The notes beneath the pieces are model-generated. The model saw only the letters and a list, made by a program, of their open reading frames with translations, was not told where the DNA came from and searched no databases. From the NCBI GenBank assembly GCA_003149345.1, contig QFWI01000031.1, forward strand, positions 224,325 through 288,324: DNA of 64,000 nt, written 5' to 3'. This document shows positions 40,626 through 50,927 of the stretch, piece by piece (the stretch's first letter is position 1; every line of letters begins with the position of its first letter). The translations under genes were made by a program, and so were the position numbers. This DNA is from Vampirovibrio chlorellavorus (GTDB taxonomy: Bacteria > Cyanobacteriota > Vampirovibrionia > Vampirovibrionales > Vampirovibrionaceae).

Positions 40626-41921
40626 TTAGCCCTGTACCTGGGGCTCTTTCATCTCTTTAAGCTGGGCATTGGGCCGCTTGTGGAAAGTCACCTGCTCTTC
40701 CCACTTCAGATCCACCGCCTCAATCACATCGTGGTATTCCTTCATTTTAGGAAGCAAGGGGATCAGCCGGGCCAAGCGCTGAGAAGCGCTGTCGTTGAGT
40801 CGCCCCAGAATCACCGGCATTTCCTGATAGCGCAAAATCACCTCGTTGGGGTTGCGAATATCCACAGCTTCCAGATGCAACCCCTTGATTTGACGGGCTT
40901 GCCAGGCCACTTCCCGCAATTGACGCCAGTAGGACGGCTTGAAGCGAACCTGTGGGTTCACCAGCACTTTCTCAGCGGAGGCAAACAGTGCGGGCTTAAT
41001 GGCGTAGCCGGACAGCCCAATCAACTCGCTTTCCGCGGCCATGCCAAAAGGCGTTTCCCACCAGGGTCGCTGGTTCTTCGCTGAAGCCGCTTTTCCGGAA
41101 TCGGCGCTTGACTGAGCCTGACGGGGTTTGGCAGGGTGGGCTTTATCGTAGCTGGACGGTAAGTATAATCCAGCCCAGGGTTGCTTTTCAATAATCTGGA
41201 TACGCAAGCTGGCCGGAAATAATACCCGCCGCACCTCAGCCCGATCCACCACGGCAAAGCGTTGTTCAATTTGCTGAGCCAGTGTCCCGGTATGAATGGA
41301 ATACAATGGCTTGCCCACCCAGGGCTGCACCAGGGGCGCCAATTGGGAGGGTTGCAACAACTGCTGATGAGTAACCTGATACCGGGGGGCGTCCATCACC
41401 CACAAAGGGCTTTGCACCATTTCCCATAACAAAAAGGCCCATAAAAACGCACAACACAGCTTGAGAATGGAACGAATGCGCCCGTAAAAAACCCGGAGCT
41501 TTTTCTCCTTACGGCGCTTTTGCAGGTAATTTTCCTGCCGCCGACGGGCCCGTTCCTGCTGCCGTCTGGACTTGACCGCGGGCGCTTCAGGGCGGGTAAC
41601 GTGATTGCTTTTGGGTGGCTTATTTTTCCCCTTGCCTTTGGACTTCTTTCCCCGTTTCAGCGGACGATCGCTCAAGGGACAATAGGGAGCTTCCGCCTGA
41701 GAGGGGGAAACGGGCTCCTCGCCTGCCGACGTTTTCACCAGGGGATCCTGAATGCCGCTGCGACTGGAAAACACGCTCTGTCCTGGGGCCGGTGGCTCGG
41801 GCTCCAGTTCCACCGCCTCATCGCTGGATCGAGACAACTGCCGGGTCAAATCCCGCATGGAACCAGCGGGCTGGCTGGCCTCGCGGTTGGCGGCGTCTTC
41901 CGGCTGTTCGAATGGAGGCAT
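40626..41921 (-). CDS. ftsQ: cell division protein FtsQ/DivIB-like with a long basic, disordered N-terminal region
   Basis: About 150-aa Arg/Lys/Pro-rich N-terminus, one TM (ILKLCCAFLWAFLLWEMV), then a POTRA-like segment and a FtsQ-type C-terminal domain. It sits after ddl, as in dcw clusters. Confidence 0.7.
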   Translation of the reverse strand: MPPFEQPEDAANREASQPAGSMRDLTRQLSRSSDEAVELEPEPPAPGQSVFSSRSGIQDPLVKTSAGEEPVSPSQAEAPYCPLSDRPLKRGKKSKGKGKNKPPKSNHVTRPEAPAVKSRRQQERARRRQENYLQKRRKEKKLRVFYGRIRSILKLCCAFLWAFLLWEMVQSPLWVMDAPRYQVTHQQLLQPSQLAPLVQPWVGKPLYSIHTGTLAQQIEQRFAVVDRAEVRRVLFPASLRIQIIEKQPWAGLYLPSSYDKAHPAKPRQAQSSADSGKAASAKNQRPWWETPFGMAAESELIGLSGYAIKPALFASAEKVLVNPQVRFKPSYWRQLREVAWQARQIKGLHLEAVDIRNPNEVILRYQEMPVILGRLNDSASQRLARLIPLLPKMKEYHDVIEAVDLKWEEQVTFHKRPNAQLKEMKEPQVQG

Positions 41922-41940
41922 AGAAGCTGATTGGATTTCT

Positions 41941-42897
41941 CTAGCTGACGGCAGTTTTCAAGATACATTCTACCAGCTGATCATAGCCAATTCCCATGGC
42001 TTTGGCCTGGGCGGGCAGATCGCTGAGGTCGGTCATGCCCGGAATGGTATTGATCTCCAGGATGTAAAAATTGTGATCGGCGTCCACCACAAAATCAATG
42101 CGAGAAACGCCACGGCAACCCGCCGCCCGATGGGCTTGCAAGGTGGTCTGTTGAATGGCCTCGGTCACTTCGGGGGGTAAATCGGCGGGCAGAATAAACT
42201 CGGTGCCCCCTTCGGTGTACTTGGCTTCCAGATCGTACCATTCCGACTGGGTGGGGCGCAGTTCCAGAATAGGGGTGACCCTGGGCTGACCATCCACTTC
42301 CACCACCCCTACGGTGATGGATTTTCCAGGAACATAGCGCTCCACCATCACCTCATCACAGTAGGTCAAGGCTGTTTTCAGAGCCGATTTCAAGTCTTCC
42401 GGCACATTCACCTTGCTCATGCCGATGCTGGAGCCCTCATTCAGGGGTTTGACCATGACCGGGTAGGGAATCGTCATCTCAACGGGTTTGCCATTGACAG
42501 CGCCCGATTTCAGCACCAAGGAGTCAATGACCGGCAACCCGGCGTCCTTCAGCACGCTTTTGGTCAGTGCCTTGTTCATGGTCAAAGCGCTAGCGGCCAC
42601 CCGGCAACCGGTGTAAGGAATACCCATCAGCTCCAGCACCCCTTGAATGCAGCCATCTTCCCCGTATTTTCCGTGCAGGGCGATGTAGGCCACTTCAATT
42701 TTCTGATCAGCCAGGGTGCGGGCAATGTGCTGGTCTACGTCGATCAGGGTGGCGTTTTCGTAACCCAACCGCCGCAGGGCCTCATAGCAATTTTTTCCCG
42801 AGCGAAGCGAGACTTCCCGCTCCGAGGAAAGCCCCCCGTACAACACGCCAATGCGGGTATGGTGGTTCAAAATAGAATTCTGCTGGGTACTGGTCAT
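41941..42897 (-). CDS. ddl: D-alanine--D-alanine ligase
   Basis: IGVLYGGLSSEREVSLRSG N-terminus and ATP-grasp motifs, ending with ..LEINTIPGMT. Confidence 0.95.
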   Translation of the reverse strand: MTSTQQNSILNHHTRIGVLYGGLSSEREVSLRSGKNCYEALRRLGYENATLIDVDQHIARTLADQKIEVAYIALHGKYGEDGCIQGVLELMGIPYTGCRVAASALTMNKALTKSVLKDAGLPVIDSLVLKSGAVNGKPVEMTIPYPVMVKPLNEGSSIGMSKVNVPEDLKSALKTALTYCDEVMVERYVPGKSITVGVVEVDGQPRVTPILELRPTQSEWYDLEAKYTEGGTEFILPADLPPEVTEAIQQTTLQAHRAAGCRGVSRIDFVVDADHNFYILEINTIPGMTDLSDLPAQAKAMGIGYDQLVECILKTAVS

Positions 42898-42972
42898 TCC
42901 AAACGTCCTTGTGGATAAAGCGCAAACAATTCAAATCAAACATTCAAATCAAACAGAGGTAAACAGGTAAAA

Positions 42973-43896
42973 TCAGGGGGTAGCGGTCAACGCTTGCCAC
43001 AGGACCTGTTCTTCCGGGGTGGCATCCCCCAGGAAAAGATTTTCAGGATGGGCCTCCAGCCCGTAGGTCTCCTGAATGGCCCGCTGCATCCGCCGCATAA
43101 GCCGTAACACATCCAAAGAAGTGGCGTTGTCCACATTCACAATAAAATTACCGTGCAAGGGGCTAACCATAGCACCCCCTTCCCGCCACTGCCCCTTGGC
43201 TCCCAGTTCCTCCATCAGTTTGCCTGCGGGCATTTCCTTGGAGGGGTTCTTAAACACACTGCCCCCATTGGGTTCCTTGGGATGATGGCTTTTACGGAAC
43301 TGGACGCTTTGGGTCATGGTGGCGCTGATTTCGGCGGGATTCCCGGGATGAAGCTCCAGCTCGGCGCTCAGCACCACGTGCTTATTGGGGTCAATGGCGC
43401 TTTTGCGATAATGAAAGCCCAGTTGCTCGGGCAGCCATGTTTCCAGTTGGGCGGTTTCCAAATTGTACAGGTTGACACTGCGCACCAGGTTGGCGGTCTC
43501 CTGCCCCAGCGCCCCGGCGTTCATGCGCACCGCGCCCCCAATGGTACCGGGAATACCGATCATAAATTCTCCGCCGGTCAAACCGTGCTTTAAGGCCACA
43601 CTGGCCGCCTTGGCCAGATGCACCCCGGCCCCAAAGGCAATGCGGGTGTCCGTGATGGGTTCCACCCAGTCCAGCTTGCGGGTGATAATGGTCACCCCCC
43701 GAATCCCGGCGCTGGCGATAATGCTATTGCCGCCCCAACCCAGCAGGGTCAAGGGTTTTCCGGCAGCCTGGGTTTGCCGCAAGATGTTCACCATCTCCGC
43801 CTCGGACGTCGGTTGATACGCCTCATCCAGCGGGCCACCGATGCGGTAAGTGGTGAACTGGGCTCCCATCAACACTTGTGGCACACAGGTATTCAT
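42973..43896 (-). CDS. murB: UDP-N-acetylenolpyruvoylglucosamine reductase
   Basis: FAD-binding motifs TYRIGGPLD and LGWGGNSII, then GIPGTIGGAVRMNAGA and the MurB C-terminal domain. Confidence 0.93.
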   Translation of the reverse strand: MNTCVPQVLMGAQFTTYRIGGPLDEAYQPTSEAEMVNILRQTQAAGKPLTLLGWGGNSIIASAGIRGVTIITRKLDWVEPITDTRIAFGAGVHLAKAASVALKHGLTGGEFMIGIPGTIGGAVRMNAGALGQETANLVRSVNLYNLETAQLETWLPEQLGFHYRKSAIDPNKHVVLSAELELHPGNPAEISATMTQSVQFRKSHHPKEPNGGSVFKNPSKEMPAGKLMEELGAKGQWREGGAMVSPLHGNFIVNVDNATSLDVLRLMRRMQRAIQETYGLEAHPENLFLGDATPEEQVLWQALTATP

Positions 43897-45350
43897 GGGT
43901 TTGTCCAGTTCCGCAGCAGTTGGGTAATATTGCCTGCCCCCATGGACAGCACGATATCGCCCGGCTGAATAGCGGCCTTTAAGGCCTCCCGCAGCGGCTC
44001 AAAGCTGGGGGAAAGCGGCACATACTGAGCCTTGGGGTGTTTCACGTTCTGGGCGAAGACATCAGCGGTCATACCCGGAATTTCCGGCTCGTGAGCGGCG
44101 TACACATCGGTCAGGAACAATAAATCAGCGTCGCCAAAACAGGTCAAAAACTCATCCCACAGGGCTTGCAGACGAGAGTAACGATGCGGTTGAAACACGG
44201 CAATCACCCGCCCATTCGTACCTTGCAGAGACTCTCGGGCCGCCTTCAGGGTGACCAGCACTTCGCTGGGATGATGGGCGTAATCGTCCACCAACAGGGC
44301 GTGATTCCACTCGCCCACTTTCTCAAAACGACGCCCCATCCCGGTAAAGGCCGCCAGGGCCTCGGCCAGCGAATCAAAGTCCACGCCCAGCTGATCGCCC
44401 ACGGCCACGGCGCACAGGCCGTTAAACAGGTTGTGCTTGCCGGGAACCGACATGTTCAGCTCTCCCAGCATTTTACCGTTGCGGTACACGTAAGCCTGAT
44501 AGCACCCTTTGGCGTATGGACGGGCATTTTTCAGCCAGTAAGTGGTTTCCGTCTCCTGTCCGGTAAAGACGTCCCCCGGAGCGAGCAGAATACGCTCCAC
44601 GCCCGCGGGACAATCCTGCATCAACGCCTGGGTATTGGGGCAGGTGACGTTAAACAGCACCTTGCTGCCAGGCTTCAGCGCCTTCAGGTAAGTTCGAAAG
44701 GTATCCAGCAGGCCTTGCAGCCCGTTGGTGTAGTGATCAGCGTGATCCAGCTCCAGGTTGGCCACCACCGACACGGTGGGCTGATACTGTAAAATGGTGC
44801 CGTCGCTCTCGTCCAGTTCGGCCACGGCGTAACGAAGATCCGGGCTGAGAATGGCGTTGGTGTTAAGTTGAGGCATTTTGCCACCCACCACCACGGTGGG
44901 CTGTAAACCTGCCAAATGCAACGCCAGCCCGGTCATGCCAGTGATGGTGGTTTTTCCATGAGTGCCGGTAATGCCAACGGTGGTTTCGTGGCCCAGCAGG
45001 CCGCCCTGCATCACTTCTCGCAACAAGCTGGAGCGATGGTGGATTTCCAACCCCTGCTCCAAAGCCACAGCAATTTCAGGATTCTGGCGATCGATGGAGG
45101 AAGAGACCACCAGCTGCGCCTTTGCGGGCACCTGTTGCGCGGTATGCCCAATGAAAATCTTGCCGCCCAAATCCCGCAGGGCTTTGGTGTAGGCGCTTTC
45201 CGCAGCATCGGAGCCACTGACCTGAAAGCCGGACTCAATCAATACCTTGGCCAACCCGCTCATGCCCACGCCGCCAACGCCCACAAAGTGGACGGGCCGG
45301 GCTTTATCCAGGGTCAGCGGTTGATTCAGGGTGTCGGTGGCAATACTCAC
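43893..45350 (-). CDS. murC: UDP-N-acetylmuramate--L-alanine ligase
   Basis: HFVGVGGVGMSGLAKVLIESGFQVSGSD and GITGTHGKTT Mur ligase motifs. It overlaps murB by 4 nt. Confidence 0.95.
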   Translation of the reverse strand: MSIATDTLNQPLTLDKARPVHFVGVGGVGMSGLAKVLIESGFQVSGSDAAESAYTKALRDLGGKIFIGHTAQQVPAKAQLVVSSSIDRQNPEIAVALEQGLEIHHRSSLLREVMQGGLLGHETTVGITGTHGKTTITGMTGLALHLAGLQPTVVVGGKMPQLNTNAILSPDLRYAVAELDESDGTILQYQPTVSVVANLELDHADHYTNGLQGLLDTFRTYLKALKPGSKVLFNVTCPNTQALMQDCPAGVERILLAPGDVFTGQETETTYWLKNARPYAKGCYQAYVYRNGKMLGELNMSVPGKHNLFNGLCAVAVGDQLGVDFDSLAEALAAFTGMGRRFEKVGEWNHALLVDDYAHHPSEVLVTLKAARESLQGTNGRVIAVFQPHRYSRLQALWDEFLTCFGDADLLFLTDVYAAHEPEIPGMTADVFAQNVKHPKAQYVPLSPSFEPLREALKAAIQPGDIVLSMGAGNITQLLRNWTNP

Positions 45351-45361
45351 GGCGTCCCCCC

Positions 45362-46894
45362 TTAAACCGACGACAGTTCGTGTTTTTGCTTTACGTAGTC
45401 CTGCACCACTTCCCGATCGTCGAAGTGAATGGTGCGATCGCCAAGGATCTGGTAATCTTCGTGCCCCTTGCCCGCCACCACGATAATGTCGTTGGGCTGG
45501 GCCAGATCAATGGCCTGATGAATGGCCGCCTGCCGGTCGGCGTCCACGATCATGCGGGCGGAATCAAAGCGCTGAATGCCCGAAATCACATCGGTGATAA
45601 TCTGCTGGGGGTCTTCGGTTCTGGGGTTGTCGGAGGTGATCACCAGCAAATCGGCCAAGCGTTCGGCAATGCCACCCATTTTGGGACGCTTGGTGGCATC
45701 CCGATCGCCCCCGCAGCCGAACACGGCAATCAACCGACCATCCGGCGGGGTGACCACCCGAGCGGCGTTGAGTACGTTCTCCAACCCATCGGGCGTGTGG
45801 GCGTAATCCACAATGACATACGGCTTTTCAGAAACCACCTCAAAGCGACCCCGGATGCCGGGCACCCGCTCCAGCGATTTCACGCATGCCTCCAGGGGAA
45901 TACCCAGGGCCAAGCCGCTGGCCAGGGCGGCCAAGGCGTTATACACACTGAACTGCCCGCCCAGCTTCAGTTTCACTTCAGCCTTTCCCTTGGGAGTGAT
46001 CACCGTAAAAGACGATCCGGCAATGCTGTAGTCGGCGTTCTCAATGCGCACGTTGGCGTCCGGGCTGTGGATGCCATAAGTATACAAAGTCACCCCTTCC
46101 GGGCAGGCGGCGATAAACTCCCGGGCGTAGTCGGAGTCCAGATTGATGACGGCGGCCCGTGGCTTGTCGGAGGCCACTTCCAGGCGACTGAACAAGAGGG
46201 CCTTGGCCTGCCAATAATTCTCCATGGTCTTGTGATAATCCAGGTGATCCTGGGTCAGGTTGGTCAAAACGGCCACTTCAAAATCGCAATGGTACACCCG
46301 GTACTGATCCAGGGCATGGGAGCTAACCTCCATCACCACATAGGCATTGCCTTCGTCCTTCATCTCGTGCAGAATTTCCTGCAACTCAGTGGCCATGGGG
46401 GTGGTATGCCCGGTGGAGTCGTAAGCCTGACGCTTGCTGGTTTTGCGGCCCAAGGTGCCGATCAGCCCCACCTTTTCGCCCTGATCCGCCAGCATTTGCT
46501 CAATCAGGTGAGTCACCGTGGTTTTACCGTTGGTGCCAGTCACCCCCACCAGGCGCATTTTACGCCCGGGAAAGTCGTGCAAGGCGGCGCTGACTTCAGC
46601 CAAGGCCTTGTAGGTATTGGGCACGGCAATGACAGGAATATTGGACGGTAAGGACAGGCTGGATTGGCGATCCTGCTCGATAATCAACGCCACAGCGCCC
46701 TGGCTGGCGGCGCTTTGCAAAAACTGGTGCCCATCCGTCCGGCTCCCGCCCAGGGCCACAAACACGGTGCCCGCCTTGACCTGACGAGAATCGCTGGTCA
46801 CGCCACACACCGCTTGCTGGGCTGATTGGGCAAACAAATCCGGGGTTACCATCTTGGGTTCGGACAGGTACTGGGGAAGATCGGCCAATTTCAT
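45362..46894 (-). CDS. murE: UDP-N-acetylmuramoyl-L-alanyl-D-glutamate--2,6-diaminopimelate ligase
   Basis: GVTGTNGKTT and a Mur ligase central domain. The DNPR motif (TSDNPRTEDP) indicates meso-DAP specificity. Confidence 0.93.
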   Translation of the reverse strand: MKLADLPQYLSEPKMVTPDLFAQSAQQAVCGVTSDSRQVKAGTVFVALGGSRTDGHQFLQSAASQGAVALIIEQDRQSSLSLPSNIPVIAVPNTYKALAEVSAALHDFPGRKMRLVGVTGTNGKTTVTHLIEQMLADQGEKVGLIGTLGRKTSKRQAYDSTGHTTPMATELQEILHEMKDEGNAYVVMEVSSHALDQYRVYHCDFEVAVLTNLTQDHLDYHKTMENYWQAKALLFSRLEVASDKPRAAVINLDSDYAREFIAACPEGVTLYTYGIHSPDANVRIENADYSIAGSSFTVITPKGKAEVKLKLGGQFSVYNALAALASGLALGIPLEACVKSLERVPGIRGRFEVVSEKPYVIVDYAHTPDGLENVLNAARVVTPPDGRLIAVFGCGGDRDATKRPKMGGIAERLADLLVITSDNPRTEDPQQIITDVISGIQRFDSARMIVDADRQAAIHQAIDLAQPNDIIVVAGKGHEDYQILGDRTIHFDDREVVQDYVKQKHELSSV

Positions 46895-46965
46895 CGCGTC
46901 GTGTCTCTCAGTGCTTTAACCATAACTCTGCTGGCATCCGTCTCTGAACCGATGCCCGTTGAAAC

Positions 46966-48912
46966 CTAGTGGGCGTGTGCCACCGTTGGCAAAGGAACCC
47001 CAGCCACGGAAGGGACAGCCCTCAATCCGCTGGCGGAAGCCACTCTTCTACGTGCTATTTTAGCAGCATTCAGGCCCAAATAGCTGACCGTTTCCTGAGC
47101 GATATTGCGAAAAATCGGCCCGGCCACCGTACTACCCCAGGATTCTGCCATTTGCGGGCTGTCCACCACCACCATAATCAGCACCTTGGGGCTTTTGGCC
47201 GGAAAAAAGCCCACAAAGGACGTGTACACATCGGGACTGTAGCCAATGCCTTCCGCCCGTGGCTTTCGAGAAGTCCCGGTTTTACCGGCCACTTCCACCC
47301 CATCCACCCTCACGGTGGAGGTTTTGGCGTCCTGAATACTCCGGGTCAGCAAATAGCGCATATCCGCGCAGGTTTTTTCGCTAAAAATACGCCGATGGGT
47401 GACTGGTGAGCCTTTCATCACATGCGGGGAGTTCCAAATCCCTCCGTTGGCAATAGCCGCCACCGCCGAGGCAATTTGCAGGGGAGTGGCCGCCATGCCG
47501 TAGCCATACCCGATGGAGGCATGGGTGGACTCATCCCAGGACTTGGGCGGCAAAATAATGCCCGCAGACTCTCCGGGGATATCGATGCCGGTTCGGGAAC
47601 CAATACCCATCAACTTGAGCATTTCAAAATGCTGCTGAGCAGGCAGCATCAGTGAGATTTTGGCGCTGGCGATGTTGCTGGAGTGCATCAGGAGATAAGT
47701 CAGGTCAATCATGCCAGGAGCGCCATGCTTGCCGTAATCGTAGTTCTGAATCGTCCAGCCGCCCACTTTCATTTTACCGGTATCCAGAATACGGCTGTCC
47801 CGGTTGATTTTCCCCAGCTCCAGCCCCGAGGCCACCGTCAAAATCTTGAACGTCGAGCCGGGCGGGTACACATCGGTAATGGCCCAGTTTTTCAATTCCT
47901 CGGCGGAAGCCTTGTAGAAACGATCCGGGGAATAGGTGGGCAACACGGCAAAAGCCAACAGCTCCCCGGTACGGGGATCCATCATAATCACGGTGCCCCG
48001 CTTGGCGTGGCTACGGGCCAAACCGGCGGCCAATTCCCGCTCCGCCACGTACTGCAAGCGGGCGTCAATGGTCAACCGCACGTCCTGGGCCTTGGGCAGG
48101 GTCACCAGATTTTTGGGATCCAGCTTGCCCAAATCCACCACGTTGCCCCGCCCGTCCAGGTAGGTGTTGTTCAGGTCAGAAGGCTTCTTCTTCAGGATTT
48201 TGGCGGCGGACGCCTCCACCCCGGAGCTGACCTGCGCTTCATCATTCACGTACCCCAGCACGTGGGCCGCCAAGTTGCCTTGCGGGTAGTTCCGCACGTT
48301 CTTTTTAACAAAATCGAGACCCGGCAAGCGCACCTGACGCACCACTGGACGGCCATTATCATCCAGAATCAGCTTCTTGGTTTTGGGGTCCTTGGCCACC
48401 ACCGGGGTTCTAACGGCCAGAATGGCCTCCATTTGTGGTTTGGTCAGGTTTTTTTTAACCCCAATGGTGGTGTAGGGCTCCGAGAGCTTTTCCAGCAGCT
48501 TTTTCTCATCCATATCCACCGCTGGTGCCAGAGCCGTGGCGATTTGCTCCACCGGCATTTTGAAAAAATACTTGGGATGCACGAACAAATCATACAAAAC
48601 CGTGTCCTGGGCCAGCACCATGCCGCCCCGATCCACGATACGACCCCGATTAAACAGGGTGAGGGCCTGATTGCGGGACAATTGCGCTTTCTTTTTCAGG
48701 TGATTGGCGTCAATCAGCTGAATGTAAAACAGTTTGGCAATCATGGCCATCAAAATGCATCCCAGAATCAGCAATAAGATCCGAAAGCGCTTGGGAGAAA
48801 AGCTATCCCGAGACCCGGAATCACGAGGAGGGCGCGGCGGCGGTTGCGTGCGTCGCTGCTGCAAATGCTGGCGCTGCCGTTGGCGGTAGCCGTCCCTAGT
48901 ACCCGTAGACAC
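46966..48912 (-). CDS. ftsI: peptidoglycan D,D-transpeptidase FtsI (class B PBP)
   Basis: STFK, SSN and KTGT motifs plus a PBP dimerisation domain. The start is set at GTG 48912 (SD AGGAG 7 nt upstream). The longer track ORF (to 49035) would overlap ftsL by 140 nt. Confidence 0.9.
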   Translation of the reverse strand: MSTGTRDGYRQRQRQHLQQRRTQPPPRPPRDSGSRDSFSPKRFRILLLILGCILMAMIAKLFYIQLIDANHLKKKAQLSRNQALTLFNRGRIVDRGGMVLAQDTVLYDLFVHPKYFFKMPVEQIATALAPAVDMDEKKLLEKLSEPYTTIGVKKNLTKPQMEAILAVRTPVVAKDPKTKKLILDDNGRPVVRQVRLPGLDFVKKNVRNYPQGNLAAHVLGYVNDEAQVSSGVEASAAKILKKKPSDLNNTYLDGRGNVVDLGKLDPKNLVTLPKAQDVRLTIDARLQYVAERELAAGLARSHAKRGTVIMMDPRTGELLAFAVLPTYSPDRFYKASAEELKNWAITDVYPPGSTFKILTVASGLELGKINRDSRILDTGKMKVGGWTIQNYDYGKHGAPGMIDLTYLLMHSSNIASAKISLMLPAQQHFEMLKLMGIGSRTGIDIPGESAGIILPPKSWDESTHASIGYGYGMAATPLQIASAVAAIANGGIWNSPHVMKGSPVTHRRIFSEKTCADMRYLLTRSIQDAKTSTVRVDGVEVAGKTGTSRKPRAEGIGYSPDVYTSFVGFFPAKSPKVLIMVVVDSPQMAESWGSTVAGPIFRNIAQETVSYLGLNAAKIARRRVASASGLRAVPSVAGVPLPTVAHAH

Positions 48913-49285
48913 GTGGAAACTCCTGCTTGACGGTGGGCATAGCCGGCAACTGGATGGCCGTGGCAGAAGGTGGCACGTCAATGACCGTTTCCGGCATGTG
49001 CAAATGCGGCACCCTGGCCGCCGCCGCTTCCACATTCTTGTAAGAGCGAATGTGATTGAGCTTGACCTGCAACTCCTTATTCTGTTCGTTTAAATCACGG
49101 GTATGCTTGGCCAGCTTGTTGATGGAGTCCTCAAACTGCACCTTGATGCCGTAAGCAGCCAGGGCGCCCACCACCAGAACCCCCAGGAACAGGGACAATA
49201 CCCGGCTGGATATCCGAAGCAGCCAACCACTTCTGGCCGGTTTGAAATTTCCCTGAATGATCATGGGCCTGGATTGCTCTCTCAT
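48896..49285 (-). CDS. ftsL: FtsL/DivIC-like cell division protein
   Basis: 129 aa with a single TM (VLSLFLGVLVVGALAAYGI), then a leucine-zipper-like coiled coil (LAKHTRDLNEQNKELQVKLNHI). It lies immediately upstream of ftsI. Confidence 0.6.
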   Translation of the reverse strand: MREQSRPMIIQGNFKPARSGWLLRISSRVLSLFLGVLVVGALAAYGIKVQFEDSINKLAKHTRDLNEQNKELQVKLNHIRSYKNVEAAAARVPHLHMPETVIDVPPSATAIQLPAMPTVKQEFPRVYGY

Positions 49286-49452
49286 GCGGATGTTGCCCCG
49301 AATATCGCTTGATTTCAGCGTTGCGGCGTGTGGCGGTGTTGTTCATTCAAATCTGGAAAACACGCAGTCTTATGACAGACACAACATTATTATATTAGCC
49401 ACTTGGCCCTGTCGTCACGCGAAAGTTGAAGCACAACGTTACATGAGGCCGC

Positions 49453-49484
49453 AAAAAAGCCACCCAAATCAAGGCAAGATGGCT
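49453..49484 (-). terminator. possible intrinsic terminator downstream of rimO
   Basis: The minus strand reads agcca-tcttgccttgatttggg-tggct followed by TTTTTT. The stem is modest. Confidence 0.35.
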
Positions 49485-49559
49485 TTGCCAAAATCAATCG
49501 GGGAGACTCGGCTCAGACGAGGTTCTCCATGAAAACCCCAGCGAAAACGTCAGTCAGGG

Positions 49560-50927
49560 TTATTCGGCGACCACAATCCCTTTTAAGTCGTAGGGGGTAA
49601 CGTGGGTGATTTTGACTTTCACAATTTCACCCGGCACCGCTTGTCCTTTGACCTGCACAGTGTTGTCCACCTCCGGGGCGTCCCACTGGGTGCGACCAAT
49701 TAGGGTGCCATACTGGTTCACCATATCAATCAGCACGTCCACGGTTTGCCCAATCATTTCCTGATTTTTGGCGAAGGCGATTTGCTGTTGCAGCGCCATC
49801 AGCTCGTTGCGACGCTGTTTGATCACACTTTTCTTGACTTTGCCGTCCAGCGTCTTGCTGTGGGCGGTATCCACATCGGAATACTCAAACACGCCCAGCC
49901 GATCCCATTGTACCTGCTCAATGATTTCCTTCAGATGCTGGTAATGCGCCTCGGTCTCGCCGGGGAAACCCACAATAAAGGACGTCCGCAGCTTGACGTT
50001 TTTAATTTTGGCCCGAGCCCGCGCGGCGAATTCAACCAGATCGGTCACCGGACGGCGCATGCGCTTTAAAATTTCGGGATGGCTGTGCTGCAAGGGGCAA
50101 TCCAGGTATTTCACCACTTTGTCGCAGTCGTTAATGGTTTCCAGCAGTTCATCGGAAACCAGATTGGGATAGGCGTACATAAAGCGAATCCACTCGATTT
50201 CCTCGATCTCGTTCAGGGCCCGCAACAGGGCAGGCAGGCTGGAACCAATGTCTTTGCCGTAGCTGGTGGTATCTTGTCCCACCAGAATAATCTCAGTGAC
50301 GCCCCGCTGAGCCATCTCCCGGGCGTTTTCCACAATGTTTTCCACGCTGCGGCTGCGGAAAGTCCCCCGCATGCTGGGAATGATGCAGAACGAGCATTTG
50401 TAATCGCAGCCCTCGGCGATTTTAAGATAGGTATAGGAACCCACCGTGATATGCCGACGCACGGTGTCCTCTTCCAATATATAGGTGGGGTCCTGCTGCA
50501 TGGCCAGCACCCGCTCGCCGCTTTCCACCCGTTTCATCACGTCGCCAATCTCGGCCACATTGTTAATACCCACCACGGCCTTGGCTTCCGGGAACAAATC
50601 CAGCAACTCCCCCTGGAATTTTTGGGCCAGACAACCAGTGATCAGCAACTCTTTGCCTTGCTCGGCCAAACTGGCCAAAACACCCACAGACTCTTTTTGT
50701 GCGGAATCGATAAAGGCGCAGGTGTTTACCAGCACAATGTCAGCCTCTTCCTCGCTGGCCACAATCTGGTGCTGTTCTTTATCCAGAATACCCAGCATGG
50801 TTTCAGTATCCACCAAATTTTTAGGGCAGCCCAAGTGGACAAAGCCCACTTTTTTCTTGCCGCAGCTGTCAGCCTGAGGGGAGTCGGTCTTGGGAGCGTC
50901 TGAGGTGAGAGAGGGAGGAGGGGTCAT
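49560..50927 (-). CDS. rimO: ribosomal protein S12 methylthiotransferase RimO
   Basis: KVGFVHLGCPKNLVDTE N-terminal UPF0004 domain, radical SAM CDYKCSFC motif and a C-terminal TRAM domain. Confidence 0.9.
   Translation of the reverse strand: MTPPPSLTSDAPKTDSPQADSCGKKKVGFVHLGCPKNLVDTETMLGILDKEQHQIVASEEEADIVLVNTCAFIDSAQKESVGVLASLAEQGKELLITGCLAQKFQGELLDLFPEAKAVVGINNVAEIGDVMKRVESGERVLAMQQDPTYILEEDTVRRHITVGSYTYLKIAEGCDYKCSFCIIPSMRGTFRSRSVENIVENAREMAQRGVTEIILVGQDTTSYGKDIGSSLPALLRALNEIEEIEWIRFMYAYPNLVSDELLETINDCDKVVKYLDCPLQHSHPEILKRMRRPVTDLVEFAARARAKIKNVKLRTSFIVGFPGETEAHYQHLKEIIEQVQWDRLGVFEYSDVDTAHSKTLDGKVKKSVIKQRRNELMALQQQIAFAKNQEMIGQTVDVLIDMVNQYGTLIGRTQWDAPEVDNTVQVKGQAVPGEIVKVKITHVTPYDLKGIVVAE

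Noticed and set aside
48913-49035. Cys/Arg-rich 41-residue N-terminal extension of the ftsI ORF (MWKRRRPGCRICTCRKRSLTCH..).
   Set aside because: It would overlap ftsL by 140 nt in another frame. An internal GTG at 48912 has a good AGGAG SD and gives a normal FtsI N-terminus, so the extension is most likely not translated.
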